Assembly: GCA_944363735.1 (NCBI GenBank)
Contig: CALVVB010000001.1
Location: forward strand, 91,605-155,604
Direction of reading: 5' to 3'
DNA: 64,000 nucleotides
DNA from: an uncultured Bacilli bacterium
GTDB lineage: Bacteria; Bacillota_I; Bacilli_A; RF39; UBA660
A program made the translations under genes and the position numbers. Shown one piece after another: positions 31,901-42,818 of the stretch. The stretch's first letter is position 1. Every line of letters begins with the position of its first letter. A model generated the notes under the pieces. That model had not been told where the DNA came from. It did no database searches and saw only the letters and a list, made by a program, of their open reading frames with translations.

Positions 31901-32239
31901 ATGGAAGCAAAAGCAATCGCTAAAATGCAAAGAATATCACCTATTAAAGCTCGTTTAGTAATTGATACTATTCGTGGCAAAAAAGTAAGTGATGCTCTAG
32001 CAATATTAGAAAATACAAATAAAAAAGCAGCTATCCTTACTAAAAAAGTTTTAAATTCAGCAGTAGCAAATGCTGTTAATAATAATAAATTAAATGCTGA
32101 TGATTTATATGTAAAGGAAGCACGTGTAGATGCTGGTCCAGTAATGAAAAGAGTATTATTCGATTCACGTGGACGCATCGGACATAAAGATAAAAGAACA
32201 AGTCACATTGTAATAACAGTGGCTGAACCTACAAAATAA
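31901..32239 (+). CDS. rplV: 50S ribosomal protein L22
   Basis: 112 aa matching L22. Confidence 0.95.
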   Translation: MEAKAIAKMQRISPIKARLVIDTIRGKKVSDALAILENTNKKAAILTKKVLNSAVANAVNNNKLNADDLYVKEARVDAGPVMKRVLFDSRGRIGHKDKRTSHIVITVAEPTK

Positions 32240-32254
32240 TAAGGAGGAACTATA

Positions 32255-32929
32255 ATGGGACAAAAAGTTAATCCAAACGGACTAAGACTTGGCATCAATA
32301 AGACTTGGGAAGCTAAATGGTATGCTCCTAAAGGTGAAGTTTCTAAAACACTAACAAATGATATTAAAATTAGAAACTATCTAGAAGAAAATCTTAAAAA
32401 TGCAGGAATTGCCAAAGTCGAAATAGAAAGAACTCCAAAGAAATGTGAAGTTTCTATTCATACATCACGTCCAGGTGTTATCATCGGTCGTGGTGGTGAA
32501 GAAATTACAAAACTTAAGGATAAACTATCAAAAGTCGTTGGTGAGAATATTAATATATCAATCGTTGATATCAAAAAAGCAGATCTTAATGCACAATTAG
32601 TTGCTGATTCAATTGCAAGTCAAATTACAAATAGAGCATCATTTAGAATGGCTCAAAAACGTGCGATTAGAAATGCTATGAAAGCAGGAGCTAAAGGTAT
32701 CAAAACAAAAGTATCAGGACGTTTAGGTGGTGCTGATATGGCTCGTAGTGAAGGATATACAGAAGGAACAATCCCACTACATACATTAAGAGCAGATGTT
32801 GATTATGCTACAAGTGAAGCAGATACAACATATGGTAAAATTGGTGTAAAAGTATGGATTTACAAAGGAGAAATCCTACCATCAAAGAATAAAGAAAGTA
32901 AAGAAAGAAAAGCTAAAGGAGGTAATTAG
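32255..32929 (+). CDS. rpsC: 30S ribosomal protein S3
   Basis: 224 aa; includes the KH domain. Confidence 0.95.
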   Translation: MGQKVNPNGLRLGINKTWEAKWYAPKGEVSKTLTNDIKIRNYLEENLKNAGIAKVEIERTPKKCEVSIHTSRPGVIIGRGGEEITKLKDKLSKVVGENINISIVDIKKADLNAQLVADSIASQITNRASFRMAQKRAIRNAMKAGAKGIKTKVSGRLGGADMARSEGYTEGTIPLHTLRADVDYATSEADTTYGKIGVKVWIYKGEILPSKNKESKERKAKGGN

Positions 32930-32930
32930 A

Positions 32931-33359
32931 GTGTTAATACCATCAAGAACTAAATATCGTCGTGTTCACAGATTACCTTACGAAGGCAAATCTAGAGGTA
33001 ATCGTGAGTTACACTTTGGTGAGTATGGATTACAAGCTAAAGAAGGAGCATGGATAACAGCAAATCAAATCGAAGCAGCTCGTGTTGCCATGACTCGTTA
33101 TATGAAACGTGGTGGTAAAGTATGGATCAATATATTCCCACACATGCCACTAACTAAAAAGCCTATCGGTACTCGTCAAGGTAAAGGTAAAGGTAATGTT
33201 GAAGAATGGGTAGCAGTAGTTAAAGAAGGAAAAATCATGTTTGAAGTAGCAGGTGTTTCTGAAGAAGTTGCTCGTGAAGCATTAAGACTAGCAAGCCATA
33301 AATTACCAATAACTTGCAGATTTGTAAAAAGAGAAGGAGGTGTCGAAAGTGAAGGTTAA
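32931..33359 (+). CDS. rplP: 50S ribosomal protein L16
   Basis: 142 aa with a GTG start ([11 protein letters not shown]). Confidence 0.95.
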   Translation: MLIPSRTKYRRVHRLPYEGKSRGNRELHFGEYGLQAKEGAWITANQIEAARVAMTRYMKRGGKVWINIFPHMPLTKKPIGTRQGKGKGNVEEWVAVVKEGKIMFEVAGVSEEVAREALRLASHKLPITCRFVKREGGVESEG

Positions 33360-33552
33360 AGAAATTAGAGAATTAACAAACGAAGAAATTCATGCAAAAC
33401 TTAAAGAATCTAAAGAAGAACTATTCAACTTAAGATTTAGTGGCGCAATGGGTAACCTAGAAAAACCTTCTAGACTAAGAGACTTAAGACACCAAGTAGC
33501 AAGATTAAAAACCGTTTTAAAAGAACGTGAGAAAGAAGAAAAGGTTGATTAG
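33349..33552 (+). CDS. rpmC: 50S ribosomal protein L29
   Basis: L29 sequence ([29 protein letters not shown]). The likely start is an internal GTG a few codons into the track ORF, after a GGAGGTG ribosome-binding site; the exact start is uncertain to within about 9 nt. Confidence 0.88.
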   Translation: MKVKEIRELTNEEIHAKLKESKEELFNLRFSGAMGNLEKPSRLRDLRHQVARLKTVLKEREKEEKVD

Positions 33553-33562
33553 GAGGTAAGTT

Positions 33563-33823
33563 ATGGAAAAGAAAATGACACATGAATTAGTTGGTAAAGT
33601 TGTTAGTACAAAAAACAATAAAACTATTACAGTTTTAGTTGAAACACATAAAATGCACCCAAAATATCACAAAAGAGTTAAATCATCTAAAAAGTACAGT
33701 GTACATGATGAAACAAATAAAGCAAAAGTAGGAGATGTAGTTAGAATTGTTGAAACTAAACCAATTTCTAAAACTAAACATTTCTATTTAAAAGAAATCG
33801 TAAAAGAAGCAGTTATTCTATAA
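33563..33823 (+). CDS. rpsQ: 30S ribosomal protein S17
   Basis: 86 aa matching S17. Confidence 0.93.
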   Translation: MEKKMTHELVGKVVSTKNNKTITVLVETHKMHPKYHKRVKSSKKYSVHDETNKAKVGDVVRIVETKPISKTKHFYLKEIVKEAVIL

Positions 33824-33848
33824 CTCTTAAGGTAAAGGAGGATAATCT

Positions 33849-34217
33849 ATGTTACAACAAGAAAGTAGATTAAAAGTTGCAGACAACTCAGGAGCACGTG
33901 AATTACTAGTAATTAGAGTGCTAGGAGGAAGTCATGTTAAAACTGGAAATATCGGAGATGTAGTTGTTGGAACCGTTAAAAATGCTATACCAAATTCACC
34001 ACTTCCTAAAGGTAAAGTTGTAAAAGCTGTAATCGTAAGAAGTAAAAGAGGAGTAAGACGTGAAGATGGTAGTTATATCAAATTTGATGATAATGCATGT
34101 GTAATCATTAAAGATGATAAAAGTCCAGTCGGAACTCGTGTCTTTGGTCCAGTAGCGCGTGAACTTCGTGATAAAGACTATATGAAGATAGTAAGTCTTG
34201 CGAAAGAAGTACTATAA
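33849..34217 (+). CDS. rplN: 50S ribosomal protein L14
   Basis: 122 aa ([12 protein letters not shown]). Confidence 0.96.
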   Translation: MLQQESRLKVADNSGARELLVIRVLGGSHVKTGNIGDVVVGTVKNAIPNSPLPKGKVVKAVIVRSKRGVRREDGSYIKFDDNACVIIKDDKSPVGTRVFGPVARELRDKDYMKIVSLAKEVL

Positions 34218-34228
34218 GGAGGAAAGTT

Positions 34229-34537
34229 ATGAAGTTAAAAGTTGGAGATAAAGTCGTTGTTATAAGCGGTGCTGATAAAGGTAAAGAAGGAAAAATAATC
34301 AGAACACTTAGAAGCGAAAATAAAGTTATTGTAGAAGGAGTACATATTGTAAAGAAACATCAAAAGCCTACAGGAAATAACTCAGGCGGAATTCTTGAAA
34401 TAGAAGCTCCTATCGCTGCATCTAATGTTATGATAATTGATCCTAAAACTAAAAAAGGTACAAGAATCGGACATACAACAGACAAAAATGGAAAAAAAGT
34501 AAGAATAAGTACTAAATCAAAAGAAGTACTAGATTAG
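34229..34537 (+). CDS. rplX: 50S ribosomal protein L24
   Basis: 102 aa with the KOW motif. Confidence 0.94.
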   Translation: MKLKVGDKVVVISGADKGKEGKIIRTLRSENKVIVEGVHIVKKHQKPTGNNSGGILEIEAPIAASNVMIIDPKTKKGTRIGHTTDKNGKKVRISTKSKEVLD

Positions 34538-34555
34538 TGGAAGGAGGTTACATAA

Positions 34556-35092
34556 ATGACATTAAAAGAAAAATATAATAAAGAAGTAGTTCCAGCTCTT
34601 ATGAGTAAATATGGTTATAAATCTATAATGGAAGTACCAAAACTAGAAAAAGTTGTTATCAATATGGGTGTTGGAGATGCTACTACAAATTCTAAACTAT
34701 TAGATGCTGCAGTATCAGATCTTGAAAAAATATCAGGACAAAAACCAGTAGTTACAAAAGCTAAAAAATCTATCGCTGGTTTTAAGATAAGAGAAGGACA
34801 AAAGATTGGTTGTAAAGTAACACTTAGAAGTGATAACATGTATAACTTTGTTGATAAACTAGTATCTATCTCACTTCCACAAGTTCGTGATTTTAGAGGA
34901 ATTAATCCAAAATCTTTCGATGGTCGTGGTAATTATACATTAGGTATAAAAGAACAATTAATCTTCAATGAAATAAACTATGATGAAATAGTTAAAGTAC
35001 GTGGTATGGATATTATATTCGTAACAACTGCTAAAACTAATGAAGAAGCATATGACCTATTAAAAGGTTTAGGACTTCCTTTTAGAAAGTAA
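34556..35092 (+). CDS. rplE: 50S ribosomal protein L5
   Basis: 178 aa matching L5. Confidence 0.95.
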   Translation: MTLKEKYNKEVVPALMSKYGYKSIMEVPKLEKVVINMGVGDATTNSKLLDAAVSDLEKISGQKPVVTKAKKSIAGFKIREGQKIGCKVTLRSDNMYNFVDKLVSISLPQVRDFRGINPKSFDGRGNYTLGIKEQLIFNEINYDEIVKVRGMDIIFVTTAKTNEEAYDLLKGLGLPFRK

Positions 35093-35105
35093 TGGAGGGA
35101 AAAAG

Positions 35106-35291
35106 ATGGCAAGAAAAAGTATGGTTGTAAAACAAAGTAGAAAGCCAAAATACAAAGTACGTGAATATACTCGTTGTTCACGTTGTGGCAGACCACATGC
35201 AGTTATGAGTAAATTTGGAATCTGCCGTATTTGCTTCCGTGAATTGGCTTATAAAGGACAAATACCAGGCGTTAAAAAATCAAGCTGGTAG
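35106..35291 (+). CDS. rpsN: 30S ribosomal protein S14 type Z (zinc-binding)
   Basis: 61 aa with the CxxC...CxxC motif (CSRCGRPH...CRIC). Confidence 0.94.
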   Translation: MARKSMVVKQSRKPKYKVREYTRCSRCGRPHAVMSKFGICRICFRELAYKGQIPGVKKSSW

Positions 35292-35307
35292 AAAAGGAGG
35301 AAAAAAG

Positions 35308-35709
35308 ATGGCTGTAGTTACAGATACAATTGCAGATATGTTAACTCGTATTCGTAATGCTAATGCTATGCGTTATGAAGAAGTAAAAGTTCCTTCATCA
35401 AAATTAAAATTAGAAATAGCAAGAATTTTAAAAGAAGAAGGATTTATTAAAGATTACAAGTTAGAGAAAAATGATGTACAAGGTACTATTGTTCTAACAT
35501 TAAAATATGGTGAAAACAAAGAAAGAGTAATAACAGGCTTAAAGAGAATTTCTAAACCAGGACTTAGAGTATATGCTAAAAATGATGAAGTTCCAAGAGT
35601 ATTAAATGGACTAGGAATTGCAATCATTTCTACATCTAAAGGAATTATGACAGATAAAGAAGCAAGAAAACAAAAACTTGGTGGCGAAGTCTTAGCTTAT
35701 GTATGGTAA
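35308..35709 (+). CDS. rpsH: 30S ribosomal protein S8
   Basis: [18 protein letters not shown] start. A GGAGGA ribosome-binding site is present; the ORF track is extended upstream of the real start. Confidence 0.94.
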   Translation: MAVVTDTIADMLTRIRNANAMRYEEVKVPSSKLKLEIARILKEEGFIKDYKLEKNDVQGTIVLTLKYGENKERVITGLKRISKPGLRVYAKNDEVPRVLNGLGIAIISTSKGIMTDKEARKQKLGGEVLAYVW

Positions 35710-35724
35710 AAGGAGGTGTTTTGA

Positions 35725-36255
35725 ATGAGCCGTATTGGAAATCGTAAAATTGAAGTTCCCGCAGGAGTAACAGTTGCGGAAGAAAACGGAATCGTAACAG
35801 TTACTGGCCCAAAGGGAAGCTTGAGCCAAAAAATGCTAAAAGGAATTAGCATGGAACAGAAAGATAATGAAATAACATTAACAAGAGTAAGCGATGCAGT
35901 AAAAGCAATGCATGGAACAATGAATGCACTTCTTCAAAATATGATTACAGGTGTAACTAAAGGATATGAGAAGGGACTAGAAATAGTAGGTGTTGGATAT
36001 CGTTTCAATGTAAGTGGTAAAAAATTAACTATTAATGCAGGTTATTCTCATCCAGTAGAAATGACTATACCTGAAGGGCTTACTGTAGAAGCACAATCTA
36101 ATACAGAAATAACTGTTAAAGGTATTGATAAAGCCTTAGTTGGTGAATTTGCTGCCAACGTAAGAAAAGTACGTCGCCCTGAACCATATAAAGGTAAAGG
36201 TATTCGCTATAAAGATGAACATATTAGACGTAAAGAAGGAAAGAAAGCTGCTTAA
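35725..36255 (+). CDS. rplF: 50S ribosomal protein L6
   Basis: 176 aa matching L6. Confidence 0.94.
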   Translation: MSRIGNRKIEVPAGVTVAEENGIVTVTGPKGSLSQKMLKGISMEQKDNEITLTRVSDAVKAMHGTMNALLQNMITGVTKGYEKGLEIVGVGYRFNVSGKKLTINAGYSHPVEMTIPEGLTVEAQSNTEITVKGIDKALVGEFAANVRKVRRPEPYKGKGIRYKDEHIRRKEGKKAA

Positions 36256-36278
36256 GCTAGTAGGAAGGAGAGAAATAT

Positions 36279-36641
36279 ATGATTAGTAAAAAGTCAAGAA
36301 ATAGCATGAGACAAGTACGTCATGCTAGAATTAGAACTCATTTATGTGGAACAAGTGAGATTCCAAGACTAAATGTATTTAGATCAAATACAGCAATTTA
36401 TGCACAAGTTATTGATGATGAGAGTTCTACTACTTTAGTATCTGCTTCTTCTAGAGATAAAGATTTAAATTTAAAGAATAAATCAAATATTGAAGCAGCT
36501 ACTGCTGTAGGTGTTAGCATTGCTAAAAAATGTAGTGAAGCTGGCATTAAAAAAGTAGTATTTGATAGAGGTGGATATCTTTATCATGGACGTGTTAAAG
36601 CATTAGCAGATGCAGCACGTGAAAATGGACTAGAGTTCTAA
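36279..36641 (+). CDS. rplR: 50S ribosomal protein L18
   Basis: 120 aa matching L18. Confidence 0.93.
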   Translation: MISKKSRNSMRQVRHARIRTHLCGTSEIPRLNVFRSNTAIYAQVIDDESSTTLVSASSRDKDLNLKNKSNIEAATAVGVSIAKKCSEAGIKKVVFDRGGYLYHGRVKALADAARENGLEF

Positions 36642-36652
36642 GGAGGGTAAAT

Positions 36653-37162
36653 ATGCAAAGACAAAAAAACGATGCCAAAGAAAAGCAATTCGAAGAACTA
36701 GTCGTTCAACTTAAAAGTGTAGTTAAAGTTACTAAAGGTGGACGTCAACGTCGTTTTTCAGCAGTTGTTGTCGTTGGAGATCGTAAAGGACATGTTGGTA
36801 TCGGTACAGGTAAAGCTTTTGAAGTACCAGATGCTATAAAAAAAGCAATTCAAGATGCTAATAAGAATATGATTACTATAGATTTAATAAATGGAAGAAC
36901 TATTGCTCATGAAGTAATGGGAGTAAGTGGAGCTGCCAGAGTAATGTTAAAACCAGCTAAAGAAGGTACTGGTATCATTGCTGGAGGTAGTGTAAGAGCT
37001 GTCCTTGAACTAGCTGGAGTTCGTGATGTTGTATCAAAATCTCTTGGAGCTAGAACTAAACTAAATATGGCAAATGCTGCTATAAATGGTCTTAAAAGTA
37101 TTAAAACTGCTGAAGAAGTTGCAAAACTTCGTGGTAAAAGTGTAGAGGAGATTTTAGGATAA
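36653..37162 (+). CDS. rpsE: 30S ribosomal protein S5
   Basis: 169 aa matching S5. Confidence 0.95.
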   Translation: MQRQKNDAKEKQFEELVVQLKSVVKVTKGGRQRRFSAVVVVGDRKGHVGIGTGKAFEVPDAIKKAIQDANKNMITIDLINGRTIAHEVMGVSGAARVMLKPAKEGTGIIAGGSVRAVLELAGVRDVVSKSLGARTKLNMANAAINGLKSIKTAEEVAKLRGKSVEEILG

Positions 37163-37605
37163 TGAAGTTACATGAATTAAAGAAAAATGAAGGCGCTACT
37201 TTCCGTAAAAAGATAGTAGGGCGTGGATCTGGTTCAGGACTAGGTAAAACATCAGGCCGTGGACAAAAAGGACAAAATGCTCGTAGTGGTGGAGGAGTTT
37301 CACCAGTATTCGAAGGTGGACAATTACCACTATATAGAAGACTTCCAAAAAGAGGATTTAGTAATCATGATTTTAAAACAGTATATGCCGTAATTAATCT
37401 TTCAGATTTAAATGTATTTAATGATGGAGATGTTGTTACACCAGCATTACTTAAAGAAAGAGGAATTGTTAAAAAACAACTTAATGGAATTAAAGTATTA
37501 GGAAATGGTACACTTGAAAAGAAAATAACTATACAAGCTCATAGATTTTCAAGTAGTGCTTTAAGAAAAATAGAAGAATCAGGAAGTAAAGCCGAGGTGA
37601 TCTAA
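37162..37605 (+). CDS. rplO: 50S ribosomal protein L15 (follows S5 directly; no L30 gene in between)
   Basis: 147 aa with Gly-rich L15 N-terminus. The start overlaps the rpsE stop. Confidence 0.94.
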   Translation: MKLHELKKNEGATFRKKIVGRGSGSGLGKTSGRGQKGQNARSGGGVSPVFEGGQLPLYRRLPKRGFSNHDFKTVYAVINLSDLNVFNDGDVVTPALLKERGIVKKQLNGIKVLGNGTLEKKITIQAHRFSSSALRKIEESGSKAEVI

Positions 37606-37606
37606 A

Positions 37607-38872
37607 ATGCCTCTATTGAAGCAATTATTTAAGCCTACAAATAGAGATTTATTAAAAAGAATTGGTTTTACTTTAGTAGCATTAGCAATATTTATAATTG
37701 GAACAACAATTCAAGTTCCAGGAACAGATAGTATTACTAGTAACCTAGGTTTTCTAGAATTAATTAATACTATGGGTGGCGGAGCTTTGGAAAACTTTTC
37801 AATCTTTGCTTTAGGTGTTACACCTTATATTACAGCAACGATTGTTATGCAACTATTGGGAGAACTAATTCCTTATTTCCAAGACTTAAATAAACAAGGA
37901 CATGTAGGTAGACAAAAAATCAATACCTATTCAAGATACATGGGAATACTTTTTGCCTTTATTCAAGGCTATGCCTTCTCATTTATGTTCTTAGGTAGAA
38001 CTGCAAGTGCTGCTGAATACATCTATATATCAGTAGTATTGACTGCAGGAACTGCTTTCCTACTATGGTTAGGAGATCAAATTACAAGAAAAGGTATTGG
38101 TAATGGTTTAAGTCTAATAATTATGGCTGGTATTATTGCAACTCTACCACAAATGTTTATTGATGCTTTTGGAGGATTAGTAATCTTTGATGGTACTGCT
38201 CAAGAAATAACATTAGGTATAGTTAAGTTTATTTTATTCGCTATAATCTACTTTGCTATTATCGTTGGTGTTATATTTGTACAAATGGCTGAAAGAAAAG
38301 TTCCAATTCAATATGCTAATAAATCAACAAGTTATGGTCAAAGCGCAGCATCATATGTGCCAATTAAAGTAAATACCGCTGGGGTTGTACCTGTGATATT
38401 TGCATCAAGCTTAATGGCAATACCAGGAATTATTGCTGGCTTAATAAATAATGAAGGTTTTAGTCTTTTTGTTAGTAACTATTTAACTTATACAACACCT
38501 GTAGGATTTATAATTTATGTAATATTTATATTTCTATTTGGTTTTGTATATACTTACATGGTTTTCAAACCAGAAGACTTTGCTAAAAATCTTCAAGAAA
38601 GTGGAGGTTACATACCAGGAATTAGACCAGGTAATGAAACTAAAACTTACTTATCAAAAGTATTAACAAGAATAACTTGTCTAGGCTCAGTCTTCTTAGC
38701 AATTATTGTAGCCTTACCAATAATATTCTCAAACGTCACAAGCTTACCAACAAGTGTTAGTATTGGAGGTACAGGATTACTAATTGTTGTAGGAGTTGCT
38801 CTAGAAACTTATAAACAAATAGAAGGAAGTCTTCTTTCTAGAAATTATAAGAAGGGTTATGCAAGAAGATGA
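37607..38872 (+). CDS. secY: preprotein translocase subunit SecY
   Basis: 421 aa, ten TM helices, position after rplO. Its stop TGA overlaps the adk ATG. Confidence 0.95.
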   Translation: MPLLKQLFKPTNRDLLKRIGFTLVALAIFIIGTTIQVPGTDSITSNLGFLELINTMGGGALENFSIFALGVTPYITATIVMQLLGELIPYFQDLNKQGHVGRQKINTYSRYMGILFAFIQGYAFSFMFLGRTASAAEYIYISVVLTAGTAFLLWLGDQITRKGIGNGLSLIIMAGIIATLPQMFIDAFGGLVIFDGTAQEITLGIVKFILFAIIYFAIIVGVIFVQMAERKVPIQYANKSTSYGQSAASYVPIKVNTAGVVPVIFASSLMAIPGIIAGLINNEGFSLFVSNYLTYTTPVGFIIYVIFIFLFGFVYTYMVFKPEDFAKNLQESGGYIPGIRPGNETKTYLSKVLTRITCLGSVFLAIIVALPIIFSNVTSLPTSVSIGGTGLLIVVGVALETYKQIEGSLLSRNYKKGYARR

Positions 38873-39528
38873 AAAATATAATTTTTATCGCCCCACCTGC
38901 CGCAGGTAAGGGGACTCAAAGTGCTATTTTAGAAAAAAAATATAATTTACCTCATATTTCAACTGGTGATATCTTAAGAGAAGAATCTAAAAAAGATAGT
39001 GAACTGGGTAGATATATTTCTGAAGTATTAAGTAGTGGTAGCTTAGTAAAAGATGAAGTTACATATGAACTTCTAAGAAATCGTCTATCACAAGAAGATT
39101 GTAAAAATGGTTATATTTTAGATGGCTTTCCAAGAAATATAGAACAAGCCTATAAATATGATGAAATACTTAAAGATTTAAATCAAGAATTAGGCTATGT
39201 AATTCAGTTAGATATTGATGAAGAAACACTTGAAAAAAGAATAACTGGAAGAAGAATATGTGAAGATTGTGGAAGTGTTTATAATATAAATTCACTTAAT
39301 GAGAAACCAAAAATAGAATCAATTTGTGATAAATGTAATGGAAAATTATATCAAAGAAACGATGATAATATAACTTCATTTAAGAATAGATATAATTTAT
39401 ATACAGAAAAAACTAAACCACTACTTGACTATTACGAAAAAAAAGGTATATTATATGTAATCAATGGAAATGACTCAGTTGAAGAAGTTTCTAAAAGAAT
39501 AGATACCGTTTTAAAAAAGGGGATGTAA
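38869..39528 (+). CDS. adk: adenylate kinase (zinc-binding LID)
   Basis: P-loop variant APPAAGKGTQ and a LID with CEDCG...CDKCNG. Confidence 0.92.
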   Translation: MKNIIFIAPPAAGKGTQSAILEKKYNLPHISTGDILREESKKDSELGRYISEVLSSGSLVKDEVTYELLRNRLSQEDCKNGYILDGFPRNIEQAYKYDEILKDLNQELGYVIQLDIDEETLEKRITGRRICEDCGSVYNINSLNEKPKIESICDKCNGKLYQRNDDNITSFKNRYNLYTEKTKPLLDYYEKKGILYVINGNDSVEEVSKRIDTVLKKGM

Positions 39529-39531
39529 ATA

Positions 39532-40284
39532 ATGATTACTCTAAAAAGTAAAAGAGAAATTGAATTATTAAAGGAAGCTGGACATATTGTCTACCTTACT
39601 CATCAGTATTTACGTCCCCTAATTAAAGCCGGTGTCAAAACAAAAGAATTAGATCAAGAAGCTGAAAAATTCATTAGAAGTAAAGGAGCGACTCCATCAT
39701 TTAAAGGATATGAAGGTTTTCCTTCAACTCTTTGCATAAGTATTAATGATGAAGTTGTTCATGGTTTTCCAAGTGAAAGAGTGCTTCAAGATGGAGATAT
39801 AATATCTATTGATATTGGCGCTTGTTATAAGGGCTATCATGGTGACTCTGCCTGGACATATACAGTAGGAGAAGTTAGTGATGATGCTAAATACCTATTA
39901 GAACATACAGAAAAAGCTTTATATGAAGGTATTAAACAAGCGAAAGTTGGTAATAGAATAGGCGATATTAGTTATGCAATAGAGAAGTATGCAACTGAAC
40001 ATAACTTAGGTATCGTCAAAGAATTAGTAGGACATGGTGTTGGGACTAGCGTCCATGAAGCACCTGATGTTCCAAACTATGGTACTAAAGGAACAGGACC
40101 TAAAATTAGAGATGGCATGGTTATTGCCATTGAACCAATGTTAACTTTAGGAAGTCCAGATATATATATAGAAGATAATGACTGGACCGTTAAAACAGTT
40201 GACTCCTCATTATCAGCACATTTTGAACATACAATTGCTATTACTAATGAAGGAGTTATTATATTAACAGGAGATGATGTTTAA
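39532..40284 (+). CDS. map: methionine aminopeptidase type I
   Basis: 250 aa with the conserved metal-ligand context. Confidence 0.92.
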   Translation: MITLKSKREIELLKEAGHIVYLTHQYLRPLIKAGVKTKELDQEAEKFIRSKGATPSFKGYEGFPSTLCISINDEVVHGFPSERVLQDGDIISIDIGACYKGYHGDSAWTYTVGEVSDDAKYLLEHTEKALYEGIKQAKVGNRIGDISYAIEKYATEHNLGIVKELVGHGVGTSVHEAPDVPNYGTKGTGPKIRDGMVIAIEPMLTLGSPDIYIEDNDWTVKTVDSSLSAHFEHTIAITNEGVIILTGDDV

Positions 40285-40499
40285 TGGCTAAAGATGATGT
40301 TATTGAAGTTGAAGGTAAAGTCCTAGAAATTATACCAGGTGGTAAGTTCAAAGTACAGCTAGAAAACGGACATATAGTAGAAGCTCACGTTTCTGGTAAA
40401 ATACGAATGAACTACATTCGCATCTTACCGGGGGATACCGTTATGTTAGAACTATCACCTTATGATTTAACACGTGGGCGTATTACCTATCGTAAATAA
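40284..40499 (+). CDS. infA: translation initiation factor IF-1
   Basis: 71 aa matching IF-1. Confidence 0.95.
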   Translation: MAKDDVIEVEGKVLEIIPGGKFKVQLENGHIVEAHVSGKIRMNYIRILPGDTVMLELSPYDLTRGRITYRK

Positions 40500-40513
40500 T
40501 AGGAGGGATAAAA

Positions 40514-40627
40514 ATGAAAGTAAGAGCAAGTGTTAAGAAAATTTGCCCAAAATGCAAAATAGTAAGAAGAAAAGGTAAAATTAGAGTAATTTGTGAAAAT
40601 CCAAAACACAAACAAGTACAAGGTTAA
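40514..40627 (+). CDS. rpmJ: 50S ribosomal protein L36 (absent from the ORF track because it is under 60 aa)
   Basis: [37 protein letters not shown] with a zinc ribbon. An AGGAGGG ribosome-binding site is present. Confidence 0.93.
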   Translation: MKVRASVKKICPKCKIVRRKGKIRVICENPKHKQVQG

Positions 40628-40642
40628 TAAGGAGGAGAAGTT

Positions 40643-41008
40643 ATGGCACGTATTAAAGGTGTAGATATTCCAAATGACAAACATATATGTATATCACTTA
40701 CATATATCTATGGTATTGGTAGAAGTTTAGCTAAAAAAATCTGTAAAAATGCTAAAGTTGACCCAACTAAAAAAGCAGGAGATTTAACTCAAGAAGAGTT
40801 AATTGCCTTAAGAGATGAAATTAACAATCATCCAACAGAAGGTGACCTACGTCGTGAAGTTAGTATGAATATTAAGACTAAAATGGAAATTAATTCATAT
40901 GAGGGAACACGTCATAAAAAAGGATTACCTGTAAGAGGTCAAAGAACAAATAGAAACGCTCGTACTCGTAAGGGTAGAGGTAAAGTAGTAGCTAACAAGA
41001 AAAAGTAG
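40643..41008 (+). CDS. rpsM: 30S ribosomal protein S13
   Basis: 121 aa matching S13. Confidence 0.95.
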   Translation: MARIKGVDIPNDKHICISLTYIYGIGRSLAKKICKNAKVDPTKKAGDLTQEELIALRDEINNHPTEGDLRREVSMNIKTKMEINSYEGTRHKKGLPVRGQRTNRNARTRKGRGKVVANKKK

Positions 41009-41021
41009 TTAGGAGGTTATT

Positions 41022-41405
41022 ATGGCTTATAAAACAAGAAAAAGAAAAGTTAAAAAGAATGTACCTGAAGGTGTAGTACATATTGGTGCAACTTTCAATA
41101 ATACAATCGTTACTATCACAGATAAAGAAGGTAATACAATAAGTTGGGCATCAGCTGGAGCCCTAGGATTTAAAGGAAGTAAGAAATCAACACCATTCGC
41201 AGCAGGAATGGCCGCAGAACAAGCTGGTAAAGCGGCTTTCGATATGGGAATGCGTAAAGTAGAAGTTTTTGTTAAAGGATTAGGACCAGGAAGAGAAACA
41301 GCAATCAGATCACTTCAAACAGCAGGTCTTGAAGTAACAGGAATTACTGATGTTACACCAATTCCACACAATGGATGCCGTCCACCAAAGCGTCCTCGTG
41401 GATAA
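41022..41405 (+). CDS. rpsK: 30S ribosomal protein S11
   Basis: 127 aa matching S11. Confidence 0.95.
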   Translation: MAYKTRKRKVKKNVPEGVVHIGATFNNTIVTITDKEGNTISWASAGALGFKGSKKSTPFAAGMAAEQAGKAAFDMGMRKVEVFVKGLGPGRETAIRSLQTAGLEVTGITDVTPIPHNGCRPPKRPRG

Positions 41406-41424
41406 TAAAAGGGAGGTTAATAAA

Positions 41425-42375
41425 TTGATAGAATTTGAAAAACCAGTTTATAAAATTACTGATTATGTAGAAAATAATTTCTATGGAAAATTTGAACTAG
41501 AACCACTAGAAAGAGGTTTTGGTACAACTTTAGGAAATGCTTTAAGAAGAGTAATGTTATCATCATTACCAGGTAGTGCAATTAGTGCTGTTAAAATTGA
41601 GGGTGTATTACATGAATTCCAAACTATGGATGGAGTTATCGAAGATGTAACTACAATTATCCTTAACTTAAAAGGAGTAGTTGTTAAGAATCATACAGAA
41701 GATACTAAAATAATTACTCTTAATAAAGTTGGAGAAGGAGTAGTAACAGCTGCTGATATTGAAGCAGATAGTGATATTGAAATAATCAATAAAGATCACG
41801 TTATCGCTACTCTTGCTAAAGGTGGATCAATAAATATGACTATGATTGTTACTAATGGTCGTGGTTATGTTAAGAGTGAAGATTCTAATCTTAAAGAAGA
41901 TGATAAGAAAAATGGTTTTATTGCAATGGACGCTATCTATTCTCCAATTGAGCGAGTTTCATATGAAGTAGAAAGTGCTAGAGTTGGACAAGATGAAAGT
42001 TACGATAAATTAGTAATGGAAGTATGGACTAATGGTTCTATTAAACCAGAAGAGTCTATTGCCCTAGCAGCTAAAATCTTAATTGAACACTTTAAACTAG
42101 TTACAGAATTAAGTGATATCTCTAATGTAAGTGGTATGATGATAGAAAAAACAGAAGATCCTAAGACAAAAGCATTAGAAACATCTATTGAAGATTTAGA
42201 CTTCTCAGTAAGAGCATATAACTGCTTAAAAAGAGCAGGTGTTCATACCTTACAAGACTTAGTTAATAAGAGTGAAAACGATATGATGAAAATCCGTAAC
42301 TTAGGAAAGAAATCATTAAAAGAAGTATTAGATAAAATTAAAGAATTAGGGCTTGACCTAAGAGAAGATGATTAA
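41425..42375 (+). CDS. rpoA: DNA-directed RNA polymerase subunit alpha
   Basis: TTG start 8 nt after a GGGAGG ribosome-binding site. N-terminus (IEFEKPVYKI...) and C-terminal domain match RpoA. The ORF track is extended upstream into rpsK. Confidence 0.92.
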   Translation: MIEFEKPVYKITDYVENNFYGKFELEPLERGFGTTLGNALRRVMLSSLPGSAISAVKIEGVLHEFQTMDGVIEDVTTIILNLKGVVVKNHTEDTKIITLNKVGEGVVTAADIEADSDIEIINKDHVIATLAKGGSINMTMIVTNGRGYVKSEDSNLKEDDKKNGFIAMDAIYSPIERVSYEVESARVGQDESYDKLVMEVWTNGSIKPEESIALAAKILIEHFKLVTELSDISNVSGMMIEKTEDPKTKALETSIEDLDFSVRAYNCLKRAGVHTLQDLVNKSENDMMKIRNLGKKSLKEVLDKIKELGLDLREDD

Positions 42376-42387
42376 GGAGGTAAACTT

Positions 42388-42756
42388 ATGGCATATAGAA
42401 AATTAGGCGTTGATAATAAACACAGAAGAAGTATGTTAGCAACTCTTACTAAACAAGTAATTATGAATGGCCAAATAACAACTACTGAAACAAGAGCTAA
42501 AGAAGTTAGAAAAGCTGTTGATAAAATGATTACTTATGGTAAGAAGGGAGATCTTGGTAGTCGTCGTAGAGCCCTAGCTTTCTTACATAATGATAAAGCT
42601 GTTGTAAATAAAATATTTAATGAACTAGCTCCACTATATTCTAATCGTAATGGTGGATATACACAGATTTTAAAACTTAGTGAACGTCGTGGAGATGGAG
42701 CCTTACTTGCTATCATTAAATTAGTAGATGAAGAGACTAAAGAAGAGACAAAATAA
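42388..42756 (+). CDS. rplQ: 50S ribosomal protein L17
   Basis: 122 aa matching L17. Confidence 0.94.
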   Translation: MAYRKLGVDNKHRRSMLATLTKQVIMNGQITTTETRAKEVRKAVDKMITYGKKGDLGSRRRALAFLHNDKAVVNKIFNELAPLYSNRNGGYTQILKLSERRGDGALLAIIKLVDEETKEETK

Positions 42757-42778
42757 TGTCTCTTCTTTATTGATTTTA
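42715..42778 (+). repeat. direct repeat copy 1 (rplQ 3' end plus terminator hairpin)
   Basis: About 50 nt (attaaattagtagatgaagagactaaagaagaga...aataatgtctctt) recur at 43594-43660. Confidence 0.8.
42742..42778 (+). terminator. intrinsic terminator whose stem includes the last rplQ codons
   Basis: Perfect 9-bp stem gaagagaca / tgtctcttc with loop aaataa (containing the TAA stop), followed by tttattgatttta. Confidence 0.6.
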
Positions 42779-42818
42779 TCAAGAAACATGGTATAATAAA
42801 GCTACTTAATTAAGAAAG

